Positions 47,218 through 57,103 of a stretch of DNA of 64,000 nt are shown here, one piece after another; positions within the stretch are counted from its first letter, which is position 1; every line of letters begins with the position of its first letter. This DNA is from Ignavibacteriales bacterium (GTDB taxonomy: Bacteria > Bacteroidota > Ignavibacteria > UBA10030 > F1-140-MAGs086), in contig JAGXRH010000024.1 in NCBI GenBank assembly GCA_018335975.1, positions 30,738 to 94,737 on the forward strand, given 5' to 3'. Position numbers and translations under genes: made by a program. The notes under the pieces were generated by a model, which saw nothing but the letters and a program-made list of their open reading frames with translations, had not been told where the DNA came from and ran no database searches.

Positions 47218-48701
47218 AAACGACAATTTTTCTTCTTACCATATTTTTATTTATGTCAACAGCACTCTCAAGCTCGATGCGCATTGTGGAAATGCGTAGC
47301 GAGAAATCTCCGATTATTACCTTCCGCATCCAGTTTCGCACAGGAAGCATCAATGATGTTAAAGGCAAGGAAGGGATCAACGCCTTTACTGCATATTTGA
47401 TAGCGCAAGGCGGAACGCAGGAGCTCACGTACAAACAAGTGATTGATAAACTGTATCCTTGGGCAACGCAAATTGATGTTGTTGCGGATAAAGAAGTAAC
47501 CACCTTCATCGGAGAAACCCATCGTGACCATCTGGATAATTTTTATAAAATATTTTCCGATTTGATTCTCCATCCCCGTTTCGACGTAGAAGATTACAAC
47601 CGCTTGAAGGAAGACGGGATGAATTACCTGAAAACAACGTTACGCGGCACGAACGACGAAGAACTCGGAAAACAAGCAATGCAAGGAATGTTGTACGAAA
47701 ATCACCCGTATGGATGGACGAATGTTGGAACCGTGCAAGGAATTACAGCAACAACGCTCGAGGATATCAAAGTGTTTTACAAAACAAATTACACGCAGGC
47801 AAATTTAACAATCGGCATTGCCGGCGGTTACTCGAAGGGACTGCTTGAGAGGATGAAAAAAGATTTTGCTTCACTTCCCGAAGGTAAAAATAACGTCGTA
47901 GAACTTCCGAAAGCTAACCCAATCAACGATTTGGAAGTTACCATCGTTGATAAACAATCCATCGCCACGGCAATTTCCGTTGGCTTTCCCGTTTCTGTTA
48001 CAAGAGCAGATAAAGATTTTTATGCGTTGATGGTTGCCAATTCGTACTTCGGGGAACACCGAACATTTAATGGCGTGCTGATGAATAAAATCCGCGGTGA
48101 GCGGGGAATTAATTACGGAGATTATTCGTATGCAGAAAATTTTATTCAAGATGGAGGAACACGCTTTATGCTTCCGTGCGTACCGCGTCGCCAACAATTT
48201 TTCAGCATCTGGATTCGCCCGACAAAACCGGAAGATGCACATTTCAGTTTACGCGAAGCAATACGCGAGTTGAAAAAATTGTGCGAAAATGGTTTGACGA
48301 AAGAACAATTTGAAACCACGCGTGATTTTCTGATGAACTATTCCAAACTCTGGGTGCAAACACAAAACAGGAGATTAGGATTTGAACTCGATTCCAAATT
48401 TTACAACACGGAATTTTTTGTTGACAGATTAGAAAAAGAATTAAAGTCAATGACCGTGAAAGATGTCAACGATGTTATAAAAAAACATCTCCAATTCAAA
48501 AATGCAAAAGTAGCGATCGTTGCGGGAAATGCAAATGAGTTAAAAGAGAAGATTCTCACCAACGCAGAATCTCCGATTAAATATGCTTCCAAAGTTCCCG
48601 ACGCGATACTGGAGGAAGACAAAGATATCGTCAACCATCTCCTGAACATCAATAAAGGTGCGATAAAAATTGTTCCGGTGAACGCACTATTCGAAAAATA
48701 A
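47214..48701 (+). CDS. M16 family peptidase-like protein (second, probably non-catalytic subunit)
   Basis: 495 aa with a signal peptide and the M16 fold pattern but no HxxEH motif. It overlaps the upstream M16 gene by 4 nt. Confidence 0.75.
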   Translation: MKTTIFLLTIFLFMSTALSSSMRIVEMRSEKSPIITFRIQFRTGSINDVKGKEGINAFTAYLIAQGGTQELTYKQVIDKLYPWATQIDVVADKEVTTFIGETHRDHLDNFYKIFSDLILHPRFDVEDYNRLKEDGMNYLKTTLRGTNDEELGKQAMQGMLYENHPYGWTNVGTVQGITATTLEDIKVFYKTNYTQANLTIGIAGGYSKGLLERMKKDFASLPEGKNNVVELPKANPINDLEVTIVDKQSIATAISVGFPVSVTRADKDFYALMVANSYFGEHRTFNGVLMNKIRGERGINYGDYSYAENFIQDGGTRFMLPCVPRRQQFFSIWIRPTKPEDAHFSLREAIRELKKLCENGLTKEQFETTRDFLMNYSKLWVQTQNRRLGFELDSKFYNTEFFVDRLEKELKSMTVKDVNDVIKKHLQFKNAKVAIVAGNANELKEKILTNAESPIKYASKVPDAILEEDKDIVNHLLNINKGAIKIVPVNALFEK

Positions 48702-48717
48702 TTATACGAGACCGAAC

Positions 48718-50091
48718 ATGCAACAAACATTACAATATATCGAATCGAATAAAGAGCGTTACCTCAAAGAGGTCGCTGAATTTCTCCGCATTCCCAGCGT
48801 AAGTTCGCAGCCAAACAGAAAAGGCGAAGTTCTTCGGTGCTCTCAGTGGGTTGCTAATCAATTCAAAGCGATTGGGATGGAAAATGTTAGCATCGCTCCG
48901 ACTGCTGGTCACCCTGTTGTGTATGCAGATTGGTTGCATGCCCCCGGGAAACCGACGATACTGTTATACGGCCATTACGATGTACAGCCGGAAGACCCCG
49001 TGAATGAATGGAAATCGCCCCCCTTCGAAGCGAGTGTTCGAGAAGGAAAACTCTTTGCACGCGGTTCTGCCGATGATAAAGGTCAAGTGTTCATTCATTT
49101 GAAAGCGATTGAAGCAGTACTGAAAAATGAAGGCAAACTTCCTTTAAATCTCAAAGTGATTATCGAAGGGGAAGAAGAAGTGGGGAGTCCGAATCTCGAT
49201 GCATTTGTTTCTGCGAATAAGAAAAAACTTGCCGCCGATGTTGTTTTGATTTCCGATACTTCAATGTTTGCGCACGGTGTACCGACCATTTGCTACGGAT
49301 TACGAGGACTTGCATATTGCGAAATAGAAGTTACCGGACCGAACACCGATTTGCACAGCGGCGTTTTTGGCGGGTCTGTGCATAATCCGATTCAGGCATT
49401 GTCAGAAATCATAGCATCGTTGCACGATAAAAATGGACGCGTAACTATTCCCGGTTTTTATGATGATGTTCTCAAACTGTCGAAAGCAGAGAGAAATTCG
49501 TTTGCAAAACTTCCTTTTAAAGATAGCCAATATGCAAAGTTTCTTGGCGTGAAAGAGTTATATGGCGAAAAGGGGTTCACAACGCTCGAACGACGATGGG
49601 CTCGTCCAACATTAGAGTGCAACGGAATATGGGGCGGATATACCGGCGAAGGGGCAAAGACTGTTCTTCCCGGGAAAGCGTATGCAAAAATTTCGATGCG
49701 CCTTGTTCCAAATCAATCAGCAGAAAAAATCGCGACCCTGTTTGGGAAACATATTAAAAAGATAGCGCCGAAAACTGTTCAGGTAAAAGTTACCTATTTA
49801 CACGGAGGGGAAGCGGCAATTACCCCCATTGATTCGCCCGGTGTTCGTGCGGCAGTTATTGCGCTCGAAAAAGGTTTTGGGAAGAAACCATTATACCAGC
49901 GGGAAGGGGGTTCAATTCCCATTGTAACCAATTTCAAAAAAATTCTCGGACTCGATACCGTTCTTCTCGGTTTTGGTTTGCCCGATGAGAATGCCCACGC
50001 TCCAAACGAATTTATTTCTCTCGATAATTTTTTTGGTGGAATTAAAACCTCCGCGCATTATTATTACGAGTATTCTACTATCGCAAAGTAA
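48718..50091 (+). CDS. M20 family dipeptidase
   Basis: 457 aa. LKEVAEFLRIPSVSSQ, HYDVQP, GSADDKGQ and the dimerisation-domain pattern are typical of M20/M28 dipeptidases. Confidence 0.8.
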   Translation: MQQTLQYIESNKERYLKEVAEFLRIPSVSSQPNRKGEVLRCSQWVANQFKAIGMENVSIAPTAGHPVVYADWLHAPGKPTILLYGHYDVQPEDPVNEWKSPPFEASVREGKLFARGSADDKGQVFIHLKAIEAVLKNEGKLPLNLKVIIEGEEEVGSPNLDAFVSANKKKLAADVVLISDTSMFAHGVPTICYGLRGLAYCEIEVTGPNTDLHSGVFGGSVHNPIQALSEIIASLHDKNGRVTIPGFYDDVLKLSKAERNSFAKLPFKDSQYAKFLGVKELYGEKGFTTLERRWARPTLECNGIWGGYTGEGAKTVLPGKAYAKISMRLVPNQSAEKIATLFGKHIKKIAPKTVQVKVTYLHGGEAAITPIDSPGVRAAVIALEKGFGKKPLYQREGGSIPIVTNFKKILGLDTVLLGFGLPDENAHAPNEFISLDNFFGGIKTSAHYYYEYSTIAK

Positions 50092-50095
50092 ACAG

Positions 50096-50164
50096 TTCGG
50101 TTTGTGGTTGGTGCTTTGAGGTTTGTTTTATTTCCTCCAACCCCCAACCAACAACCTCCAACCT
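50096..50164. repeat. Palindromic intergenic element, family B (GGTTTG / CAAACC-CCAACC units)
   Basis: Sequence ttcggtttgtggttggtgctttgaggtttg-ttttatttcc-tccaacccccaaccaacaacctccaacc. The left and right arms are inverted complements. Confidence 0.5.
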
Positions 50165-50166
50165 AA

Positions 50167-50709
50167 ATGAAGATTTACACAAAAACCGGTGACAAAGGAG
50201 AGACGTCGCTGTATGGAGGGAAGCGTGTTTCTAAATCAACACTTCGTATCGAAGCCTACGGTACGGTGGATGAGTTAAATTCCGTCATCGGGATTTGTCG
50301 TTCAATGTGGCCTCCCGAAGAGTTGGATGGAATTCTGGAAGAGTTACAAGAGGTTTTATTTGTTCTCGGAGCAGATTTAGCAACGCCGCTTGATGCAACA
50401 ACGAAAATTCACCGAATCTCGACGGAAGATGTTGAGCAGTTGGAAAAATATATTGACTCCATCGAACCCCAACTCGAGCCGTTAAAAAGTTTTATTCTCC
50501 CGGGAGGCACGGGCGTTGCTTCCTATCTACATTTTACCCGGACTATTTGTCGCCGCGCAGAACGAGTAGTGGTTCAATTGTCCAAAGAAGAATCCATTGG
50601 CGACATACCTGTAATTTTTATCAACCGGCTTTCCGATTTTCTCTTTGTCCTTGCGCGGTGGGCAAATAAATTAGAAGGGCGCGAAGAGATAAAATGGAGT
50701 CCGAAATAA
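50167..50709 (+). CDS. ATP:cob(I)alamin adenosyltransferase, PduO-type (MMAB)
   Basis: 180 aa. MKIYTKTGDKGETSLYGGKRVSKSTLRIEAYGTVDELNSVIG is the PduO/ATR N-terminus. Confidence 0.85.
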   Translation: MKIYTKTGDKGETSLYGGKRVSKSTLRIEAYGTVDELNSVIGICRSMWPPEELDGILEELQEVLFVLGADLATPLDATTKIHRISTEDVEQLEKYIDSIEPQLEPLKSFILPGGTGVASYLHFTRTICRRAERVVVQLSKEESIGDIPVIFINRLSDFLFVLARWANKLEGREEIKWSPK

Positions 50710-50727
50710 CATTTTTGATTTTACCCT

Positions 50728-50759
50728 AAAGAGTATTTTGCAAAGGATACTCTTTTTTT
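50728..50759 (+). terminator. Rho-independent terminator after the adenosyltransferase gene
   Basis: Hairpin aaagagtat-tttgcaaagg-atactcttt followed by TTTTTTATT. Confidence 0.55.
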
Positions 50760-50768
50760 ATTCCGTAA

Positions 50769-51125
50769 ATGAAAACAAACGAAGAAGTCGTCTCGCTTAT
50801 CGAAAAAGAATTTACCACGGCGAAACACGCCGTATCAATCGGTAACGAGGGAATGGTTCGTGTGTGCGCCCGTCGTGCGTGTGGAATTGCAATTACGTAC
50901 CTCCTCGAATATTTTCCGGAAAAGAAATGGGGAAATGATGCGATGAATCAATTGAAGAGTTTGCAAACCGATGTTTCTTTTTCTGAAGAATCACGAGACG
51001 CGGCAATGCGATTAACGACAAAAGTAAATCAGCAATTTTCAGTTCCGTTTTCCGAAAACCCGATTGATGATGCGAAAATAATTATTGAAGAAGTTGAAAA
51101 CAAGTTACGAGTTGCGAAATTGTAA
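50769..51125 (+). CDS. Hypothetical protein (118 aa)
   Basis: Host-like codon usage and a helical prediction. No family recognised. Confidence 0.4.
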   Translation: MKTNEEVVSLIEKEFTTAKHAVSIGNEGMVRVCARRACGIAITYLLEYFPEKKWGNDAMNQLKSLQTDVSFSEESRDAAMRLTTKVNQQFSVPFSENPIDDAKIIIEEVENKLRVAKL

Positions 51126-51776
51126 AATTCCTTTCTCGCCTTTTTCTTCAAACAAATCGCACAGCCGATTATCAGAATCAACGTGATAAATGTACGTTGG
51201 AAACGAAACCCGCTTCACGATATATTTTTTTTGCAATCGCGCAATCAAATCGAAGTCTTCCGCGAAAGAAATGTTCCGAAATCCTTTGAGTGCAACAAGG
51301 CATTTTCTTTTCACAAACAGCGTTCCCGCAGAATGACATTTTGAAATATGAATTTTCTTTTTCGGATTCATAGCGTCGGGAACAAAATGTTTTTCTTTCG
51401 GCCCAACGATTTTCATTCCTCCGAAAATTCCATCAAGAGAATTTTCTTCGAGAAACGAAAGCCGTTTCACAATGTGATTCGGTTCATATTCATCATCGGA
51501 ATCGAGAAAGCAAATGTATTTTCCTTTCGATAATTGCAAACCAATATTTCGCGATAATGCAAGTCCTTTGTTCGCGTGGCGAGTATAAATTATTCTCTTA
51601 TCTTTTTTTACCAACGGAAGTAAAATTTTTTCCGAACCGTCCGTGCTTCCATCGTCAATAATGAGCAATTCCCAATTCGAATACGTTTGCTCAAATACAG
51701 AATGAATCGCGCGTTCAACGAGATGTTTGCGATTGAACGTGCATAGAATAATGGATATGAGCGGTTGCGATTTCAT
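51105..51776 (-). CDS. Glycosyltransferase family 2
   Basis: From the internal Met (MKSQPLISIILCTFNR...) the protein has the GT2 signature ISIILCTFNRKHLVERAIHSVFEQTYSNWELLIIDDGSTDGS and a DSDD motif. Confidence 0.8.
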   Translation of the reverse strand: MKSQPLISIILCTFNRKHLVERAIHSVFEQTYSNWELLIIDDGSTDGSEKILLPLVKKDKRIIYTRHANKGLALSRNIGLQLSKGKYICFLDSDDEYEPNHIVKRLSFLEENSLDGIFGGMKIVGPKEKHFVPDAMNPKKKIHISKCHSAGTLFVKRKCLVALKGFRNISFAEDFDLIARLQKKYIVKRVSFPTYIYHVDSDNRLCDLFEEKGEKGILQFRNS

Positions 51777-51863
51777 TTCGGCGGAGAAAATACAAAATAA
51801 ATCGCGAATCAAACCTCGCGTGTTTTAGAAAGCCGTTATGTTTTTGTAATTTTGCCCGCAATT

Positions 51864-54800
51864 ATGAAACTTCCTCTCGTATATTTTTTCCTTTTTCTCT
51901 TTTCGTTTTCACTCGTTGCGCCCGGTCAGGATGCGCAGGAGAACGCCGAATTCAAACTCGCAGTTAAACTCTACGAAGATAAGAGTTACGACCTCGCTCT
52001 TGAGCAATTTAAACGCTTTTCTGAAAAATATTCTTCGTCGGCAAATGCTGTTGAAGCAAAATTTTACGTTGGGCAAATCCAAATTCAACTGAAACAATTT
52101 GACGAAGCGCGTTCGACATTTCAAAATTTTGCGTTGAGTAATTCCACTAATCCCAAAGCGCCGCAAGCGTGGATGTATGTTGCAGAAATGTTTGAACGCA
52201 CAAATAATGTGAAAGAAGCGGCGAATGCGTACGAGCGATTGAAAGTATTTTTTCCCAATGACGCTGCAGTCCCCGATGCGTTATTGAAAGCAAGCAACTG
52301 TTACCGGCGTTTGGGCGACACGGAAAATGAGCAGCGCGTTTTGAAAACTATCACACGCGATTATGCAATCTCGAAAGCGTTTCCAAAAGCGCGATTGCGG
52401 CTCGTTTCGCTTTCCATTGATGCGGGAAATGTGCGTATGGCGGAAAGTGAGTTGCAAAAAATTGCGAACGAAAGCGGCGACAAATCCATTCAAGCAGAAG
52501 CATTGCTCGCACTCGGAAATTTAAATATACATCTCGCAAAGTTCGACGATGCAGAAAAATCGTTTCGCGCGGTGTTAGAAAAATTTTCTACGTCGCCATC
52601 GGCTTATCGCGCACAGTTCGAACTCGGAAAACTTTCGCAGCAAAAAGAAAAATATTTGGAAGCGATTGATTTTTTCAAAAAAGCTATGAAAGATTCGATT
52701 GATGTTGGTGAGGAAGCGATGGTTGAAACGGGAAATAGTTTTCTCGCGCTCGATGATGAAACGAATGCGCTTGCGTATTACGAACAATTCTTGCAAAAAT
52801 TTCCTTCGAGTGAACTGAGAACAAATGTTTTGATTCAATCCGGAATTGCATCATCAAAAGGGAAAAAGTTTTCCAAAGCGAAAGAATATTTTCAGAAAGC
52901 AATTACGCAAGGGAATGATTCGCTGAAAAAAATCGCATTGAAACACTTTGCAGAAAGCGCGGAAGCGAATAAAGATTTTTCTCTTTCTGCAAATGTGTAC
53001 GAACAACTTGCCACGCTTTGTAATGATAACATAAATTCTCCCGTTGCATTATACCGCGCGGGAAAAGTCTTGCTGGAACACACTGAACATTACGAAGAAG
53101 CGCGGAGAGTATTTTCATTGTTTGATGAGAAATTTCCCCAACACACTTTTTCCGATGACGTTTTCTTTGCAATTGCCGTATGCGATGATTCGCTTCACGA
53201 ATACGAAAAAGCCATTGTAAAATATTCTTCGATGAAGAAACTATTTCCTTCAAGTGAATTAATTGACAGCGCAGAACAACGAGCAAAATTTATTCAAACA
53301 TATTTACAAAAAGATTATCGCGTTGCTGTAGAAAAACTTGCTTTACTCGTCGGCGATGCGATTGGCGGCGGAAATAAAGGCGTTGTTGCGTTTCGTCTTG
53401 GCGAAATTTATTTCAACGATTTCAAAAATTATTCTGCCGCTGCGCAACAATTTGAAAATGCTTTGAAGACTGAACTTGCGAGTGAAAAAAAAGCAGAAGC
53501 AATGTTTTTCCGAGCGTGGAGCGTGGAGCGTGGAGCGGAGAGCAAGGATGCGATTTCTTTGTACGAAGAATTTCTAAAACAGTTTCCCTCTCATCGTTTT
53601 GCACACGAAGCGGCATTCGCTCGATTTCTACTTCGAAGGAAAACGATTTCTCTACAAGAATTGCCGCTCGTTGTAGAAAATTTACTTGCTTCGTTTCCGT
53701 TAGTTCCTAAAAAAGATGAAGTAATTCTTTCATTAGCAAAAACGTTTGAACAAAGTGGACAAATTGATACGGCGAAAAAAACATATTTGCAAGTCGCAGA
53801 ACAATTTCCCACAACGGAAAGCGCGGAAGAAGCATTGTTTCGTTTAGGAGAAATTTACAAATCGAACGCCAACGGTGATTCGGCAAAAATGTTTTGGGAA
53901 AAAGAGTTGCAAAAATTTCCCAATGGAAAATTTTCTGCACAAGCAATGTTTGAATTAGGTTTGGTATTTCTTCAAGAACAAAATTTTTCTTCCAACAAAA
54001 CTGCCGATGAACTTTTTAGAAATATTCGAGAGCAATTTTACTACACGAATTATTCCGTTAGTTCAGATAGTTTAGAGCTTGAAGCATTGCAGAGAGAAAA
54101 GAAAAACGATGAAGCGATTTCTCTTCTGCAAAGAATGTTTGATGAACAGAAAAGAAATTTATTTACCGAAGGTAATTCATTCTCGCTCTATAATAAACTT
54201 GGCGAGATTTTTTCTTCAGAAAATAATGCAAGTAAAACACGAGAACATTATCTAACCGCGCTTTTGCTTGACCATAATTCTTCCAATGCCGCACAAGTAT
54301 TTTTTGCTCTGGGAAATTTGGAAAAGAAAGAGGGCAATTCCGATTTAGCGGCGGCGTATTTTCGTCAAGCCAGCGCACTCGGAGCAACAGGAAACGCGCA
54401 GAAAAATATTGCTGATTTACTTTTTGAAACGGAGCAATACGTTGAGGCGATTCGACAATATGAAGAATTGAAAAAAACTGCGGCGAGCGATTCACTGAAA
54501 AAATATTATCAAGAAAAAATCATTGTCGCGAAACTGCGTTCGGATAATTTACTCGGCGCAAACCCGTTGTTCGATGATTTCAAAAAAACATTTGCAAGCG
54601 ATAGCATAACAATCGCCTCACTGGAAATTGAACGCGCGCGATATTTTATGCGACAAAGTAATTTGCAAACGGCATCGAAAATTCTGGATGGAATTCTTGC
54701 AAAGAAAACAAACGATGAAACGGTTGCTCGTACGTTATATTGGCGAGGAAAAATTTATGAATCGCTGGAGAAGCCGGATTCTGCAGAAAAAATGTATCGT

Positions 54801-55457
54801 CGCGTTATTTCTATTTCGTCCGATGCCGACATTCTTCCACGCGCGATTCTTTCGCTGGGAAACATTGCATACAACAACGAACAATTCGATTCTGCTATTA
54901 CATTATATCAGCGCGTGTTGACGTACGAAGAAAAAGCGAGCGACATTCTTCCGCTTGCAATGAGCAATTTGATAGAAGCGTTTCAATCGTTGCGGCTGTA
55001 CGATGCGGCATTAAAAGCAACGCGGGACTTCATTGCGGCATTTCCGAATGACGAATCAATTCTCAGCAAAAAAATTAACATCGGCGTTTTATATACACGG
55101 CTTGAATATTACGACCAAGCGATTCTTCATTTTCAAAAACTCCTTGATGATTACGGAAGCGACATCGAGGCAGAAGTGCGTTACGATATTGGCGAAGCGC
55201 AATTTTACAAAGGCGATTATCAACAAGCGATTTTGGAATTTTTGAAAGTCCCGTACCTCGTAACGAAGAAAACTAAAATTGATTGGACGGCAACATCATT
55301 GTATATGGCGGGACAATCGTACGAAAAACTTTCCAAGTTCGATAATGCGATGGAAATGTATCAACAAATCATTGATAGACCGGGCATTGACGCAATGTTC
55401 AAAGCCTCGGCAAAAAAAGAAATTGATAGAGTGAAGAATTTGATGAAGAAAGGGTAA
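51864..55457 (+). CDS. Large TPR-repeat protein with signal peptide (about 1200 aa)
   Basis: Signal peptide (MKLPLVYFFLFLFSFSLVAPGQ) followed by more than 20 TPR-like repeats (YbgF/Tol-Pal-like helical pairs). It contains a 7-bp tandem repeat at 53513-53547. Any role as a T9SS PorW/SprE-like protein is speculative. Confidence 0.7.
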   Translation: MKLPLVYFFLFLFSFSLVAPGQDAQENAEFKLAVKLYEDKSYDLALEQFKRFSEKYSSSANAVEAKFYVGQIQIQLKQFDEARSTFQNFALSNSTNPKAPQAWMYVAEMFERTNNVKEAANAYERLKVFFPNDAAVPDALLKASNCYRRLGDTENEQRVLKTITRDYAISKAFPKARLRLVSLSIDAGNVRMAESELQKIANESGDKSIQAEALLALGNLNIHLAKFDDAEKSFRAVLEKFSTSPSAYRAQFELGKLSQQKEKYLEAIDFFKKAMKDSIDVGEEAMVETGNSFLALDDETNALAYYEQFLQKFPSSELRTNVLIQSGIASSKGKKFSKAKEYFQKAITQGNDSLKKIALKHFAESAEANKDFSLSANVYEQLATLCNDNINSPVALYRAGKVLLEHTEHYEEARRVFSLFDEKFPQHTFSDDVFFAIAVCDDSLHEYEKAIVKYSSMKKLFPSSELIDSAEQRAKFIQTYLQKDYRVAVEKLALLVGDAIGGGNKGVVAFRLGEIYFNDFKNYSAAAQQFENALKTELASEKKAEAMFFRAWSVERGAESKDAISLYEEFLKQFPSHRFAHEAAFARFLLRRKTISLQELPLVVENLLASFPLVPKKDEVILSLAKTFEQSGQIDTAKKTYLQVAEQFPTTESAEEALFRLGEIYKSNANGDSAKMFWEKELQKFPNGKFSAQAMFELGLVFLQEQNFSSNKTADELFRNIREQFYYTNYSVSSDSLELEALQREKKNDEAISLLQRMFDEQKRNLFTEGNSFSLYNKLGEIFSSENNASKTREHYLTALLLDHNSSNAAQVFFALGNLEKKEGNSDLAAAYFRQASALGATGNAQKNIADLLFETEQYVEAIRQYEELKKTAASDSLKKYYQEKIIVAKLRSDNLLGANPLFDDFKKTFASDSITIASLEIERARYFMRQSNLQTASKILDGILAKKTNDETVARTLYWRGKIYESLEKPDSAEKMYRRVISISSDADILPRAILSLGNIAYNNEQFDSAITLYQRVLTYEEKASDILPLAMSNLIEAFQSLRLYDAALKATRDFIAAFPNDESILSKKINIGVLYTRLEYYDQAILHFQKLLDDYGSDIEAEVRYDIGEAQFYKGDYQQAILEFLKVPYLVTKKTKIDWTATSLYMAGQSYEKLSKFDNAMEMYQQIIDRPGIDAMFKASAKKEIDRVKNLMKKG
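53513..53547 (+). repeat. Tandem heptanucleotide repeat (AGCGTGG x3, then degenerate units) inside the TPR gene
   Basis: Sequence agcgtgg agcgtgg agcgtgg agcggag agcaagg, encoding ...RAWSVERGAESKD... Confidence 0.55.
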
Positions 55458-55494
55458 CTCTTTTTAAAATTCAAAAAACACAAATTCTAAATTA

Positions 55495-55600
55495 CAAATA
55501 AATTCCAAAGAGCGACTTCAAAACAACAAAACATCTTGAATTGTTGGCGCATTAGAATTTGAGGTTTGTTTGTTATTTGTGTTTTGGAATTTAGGATTTT
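55495..55600. repeat. Palindromic intergenic element, family B-like (TTCCAAA...CAAAACAACAAAAC / GTTTGTTTGTT...TTTGGAA)
   Basis: Sequence aaattccaaagagcgacttcaaaacaacaaaacatc...gaatttgaggtttgtttgttatttgtgttttggaattt. The arms are inverted complements. It lies between the TPR gene and the downstream hypothetical gene. Confidence 0.4.
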
Positions 55601-55642
55601 TAAGTTTGTAACATTTATAAAATTATTTTTTAAAAAACATTT

Positions 55643-57013
55643 ATGTTTGACCAAGAACTCGAACGACTTTCGGCAATAACGCAATCGCGTACCATCGGCT
55701 CGCGGGGAAGCGTAACGTTGCAAGAAATTCTCGCAGCGGATATTCCCGCGAGCATTCAGCATTATTTTCGACATGGAGTGGAAGAAAAATTTTTCCGTGA
55801 ATGGAAAGAAACAGAAGCCGCAAGCAGATTTCCGTACCAACATCCGAGTGTAAAAAAAATAAAACGCGAGTTGCAATCATCTCTGACGATGAATTATGTT
55901 TTCTCGCGGAAAGAATTTCTCGATGCGCTTGATGACGGAATTCATTTGATGTTGAATTATCTTATTCGCCCGCAGTGGACGTTGGCGAGTTTTGTTTTCA
56001 ACAGCCGCGAAACGATTGATTCTCCAAAATTGATGGAACTGCTCAACGGGTTTTATGAATACGAGTACATTCGCGAAATCACAAAAAGCGTGATTGAAAA
56101 AAGCAAGATGACAAAATTTTCGCAAGAAGAATTTCGGTTGTTGCTCCAAAATCTTGATTACGAATATGCGCGTAGAAGAAATGTGAAAGAACTTGCAGAA
56201 CTCACACAGCCAATGTATCGTTACTTCAGCATCGGCGGAGTTCATTCGCAATCTTCAATTTCTACATCCGCGCTGATAAAATTTTTCGATGATAAAAATC
56301 TATCCTCTGTTTCTTCGCGACTCCACGATGCAGCGGAAAGAGAAAATGCAGAACAATGTTCAAGCAATGATTTACAAAAATATTTGGAAGAAGTGTATGT
56401 GAAGAATGGAAGTTTTGTAGCGAAACCGACAGCGACAATAATTTCTAAACGCGAAGAACAGCCGAAACAATTTTATGAATCGCCGGTTATTGCGCGAGAA
56501 GAAATTGTTGAAGAAAAAATAAATGAACTCGAGGAAGAAATGTATTCAACTTCGCCAACAGAAGAAGAAGTTCTCGCACTTTTAAAGAAACCTCAAACCT
56601 CAAATCTCAAACCTCCAAATGAAGAATTTGATGAAGATGTTCGTGAAAATCAAGACCACGCCCGTTCGATGTTGATGAACAAAGCAAATGAAGCATCGAA
56701 AAACAAACCATTGTATGATGATTCTGCGGGACCGTTGTTTGAAGTTTCGGGTGAAAATGTTGTGAAGAAAATAGAAACACAAAACGGCATTCGCGCGTTG
56801 ATTTCCGAACGAATGAAAAAGAAATTCATCAAAAAGATTTTCAAAAAAGAGGAAAGTCTGTACGAGCAGGAAATAGATATGCTCGAACACAAGCAATCGT
56901 GGAGCGAAGCAGCGCGGCACATCGGCGATATTTTTATTGCGAATGAGATTGACCCGTATTCTTCGATTGCCGTCAAGTTCACGGAAATTATTCATTCACG
57001 GTTTCGCAAATGA
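55643..57013 (+). CDS. Hypothetical protein (456 aa)
   Basis: Host-like codon usage. The C-terminal half is acidic/KE-rich. It contains an in-frame family-B repeat remnant (aaacctcaaacctcaaatctcaaacctccaaat, encoding KPQTSNLKPPN) at 56588-56620. No family recognised. Confidence 0.5.
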   Translation: MFDQELERLSAITQSRTIGSRGSVTLQEILAADIPASIQHYFRHGVEEKFFREWKETEAASRFPYQHPSVKKIKRELQSSLTMNYVFSRKEFLDALDDGIHLMLNYLIRPQWTLASFVFNSRETIDSPKLMELLNGFYEYEYIREITKSVIEKSKMTKFSQEEFRLLLQNLDYEYARRRNVKELAELTQPMYRYFSIGGVHSQSSISTSALIKFFDDKNLSSVSSRLHDAAERENAEQCSSNDLQKYLEEVYVKNGSFVAKPTATIISKREEQPKQFYESPVIAREEIVEEKINELEEEMYSTSPTEEEVLALLKKPQTSNLKPPNEEFDEDVRENQDHARSMLMNKANEASKNKPLYDDSAGPLFEVSGENVVKKIETQNGIRALISERMKKKFIKKIFKKEESLYEQEIDMLEHKQSWSEAARHIGDIFIANEIDPYSSIAVKFTEIIHSRFRK

Positions 57014-57103
57014 TAACTTTTATGGAAGAAATTTAATCCGTGAACAAAATTCCTTCCTCTAACATTTTCGTATTTTATCACCGCTTTTTCTACAGAAAAA
57101 ACA

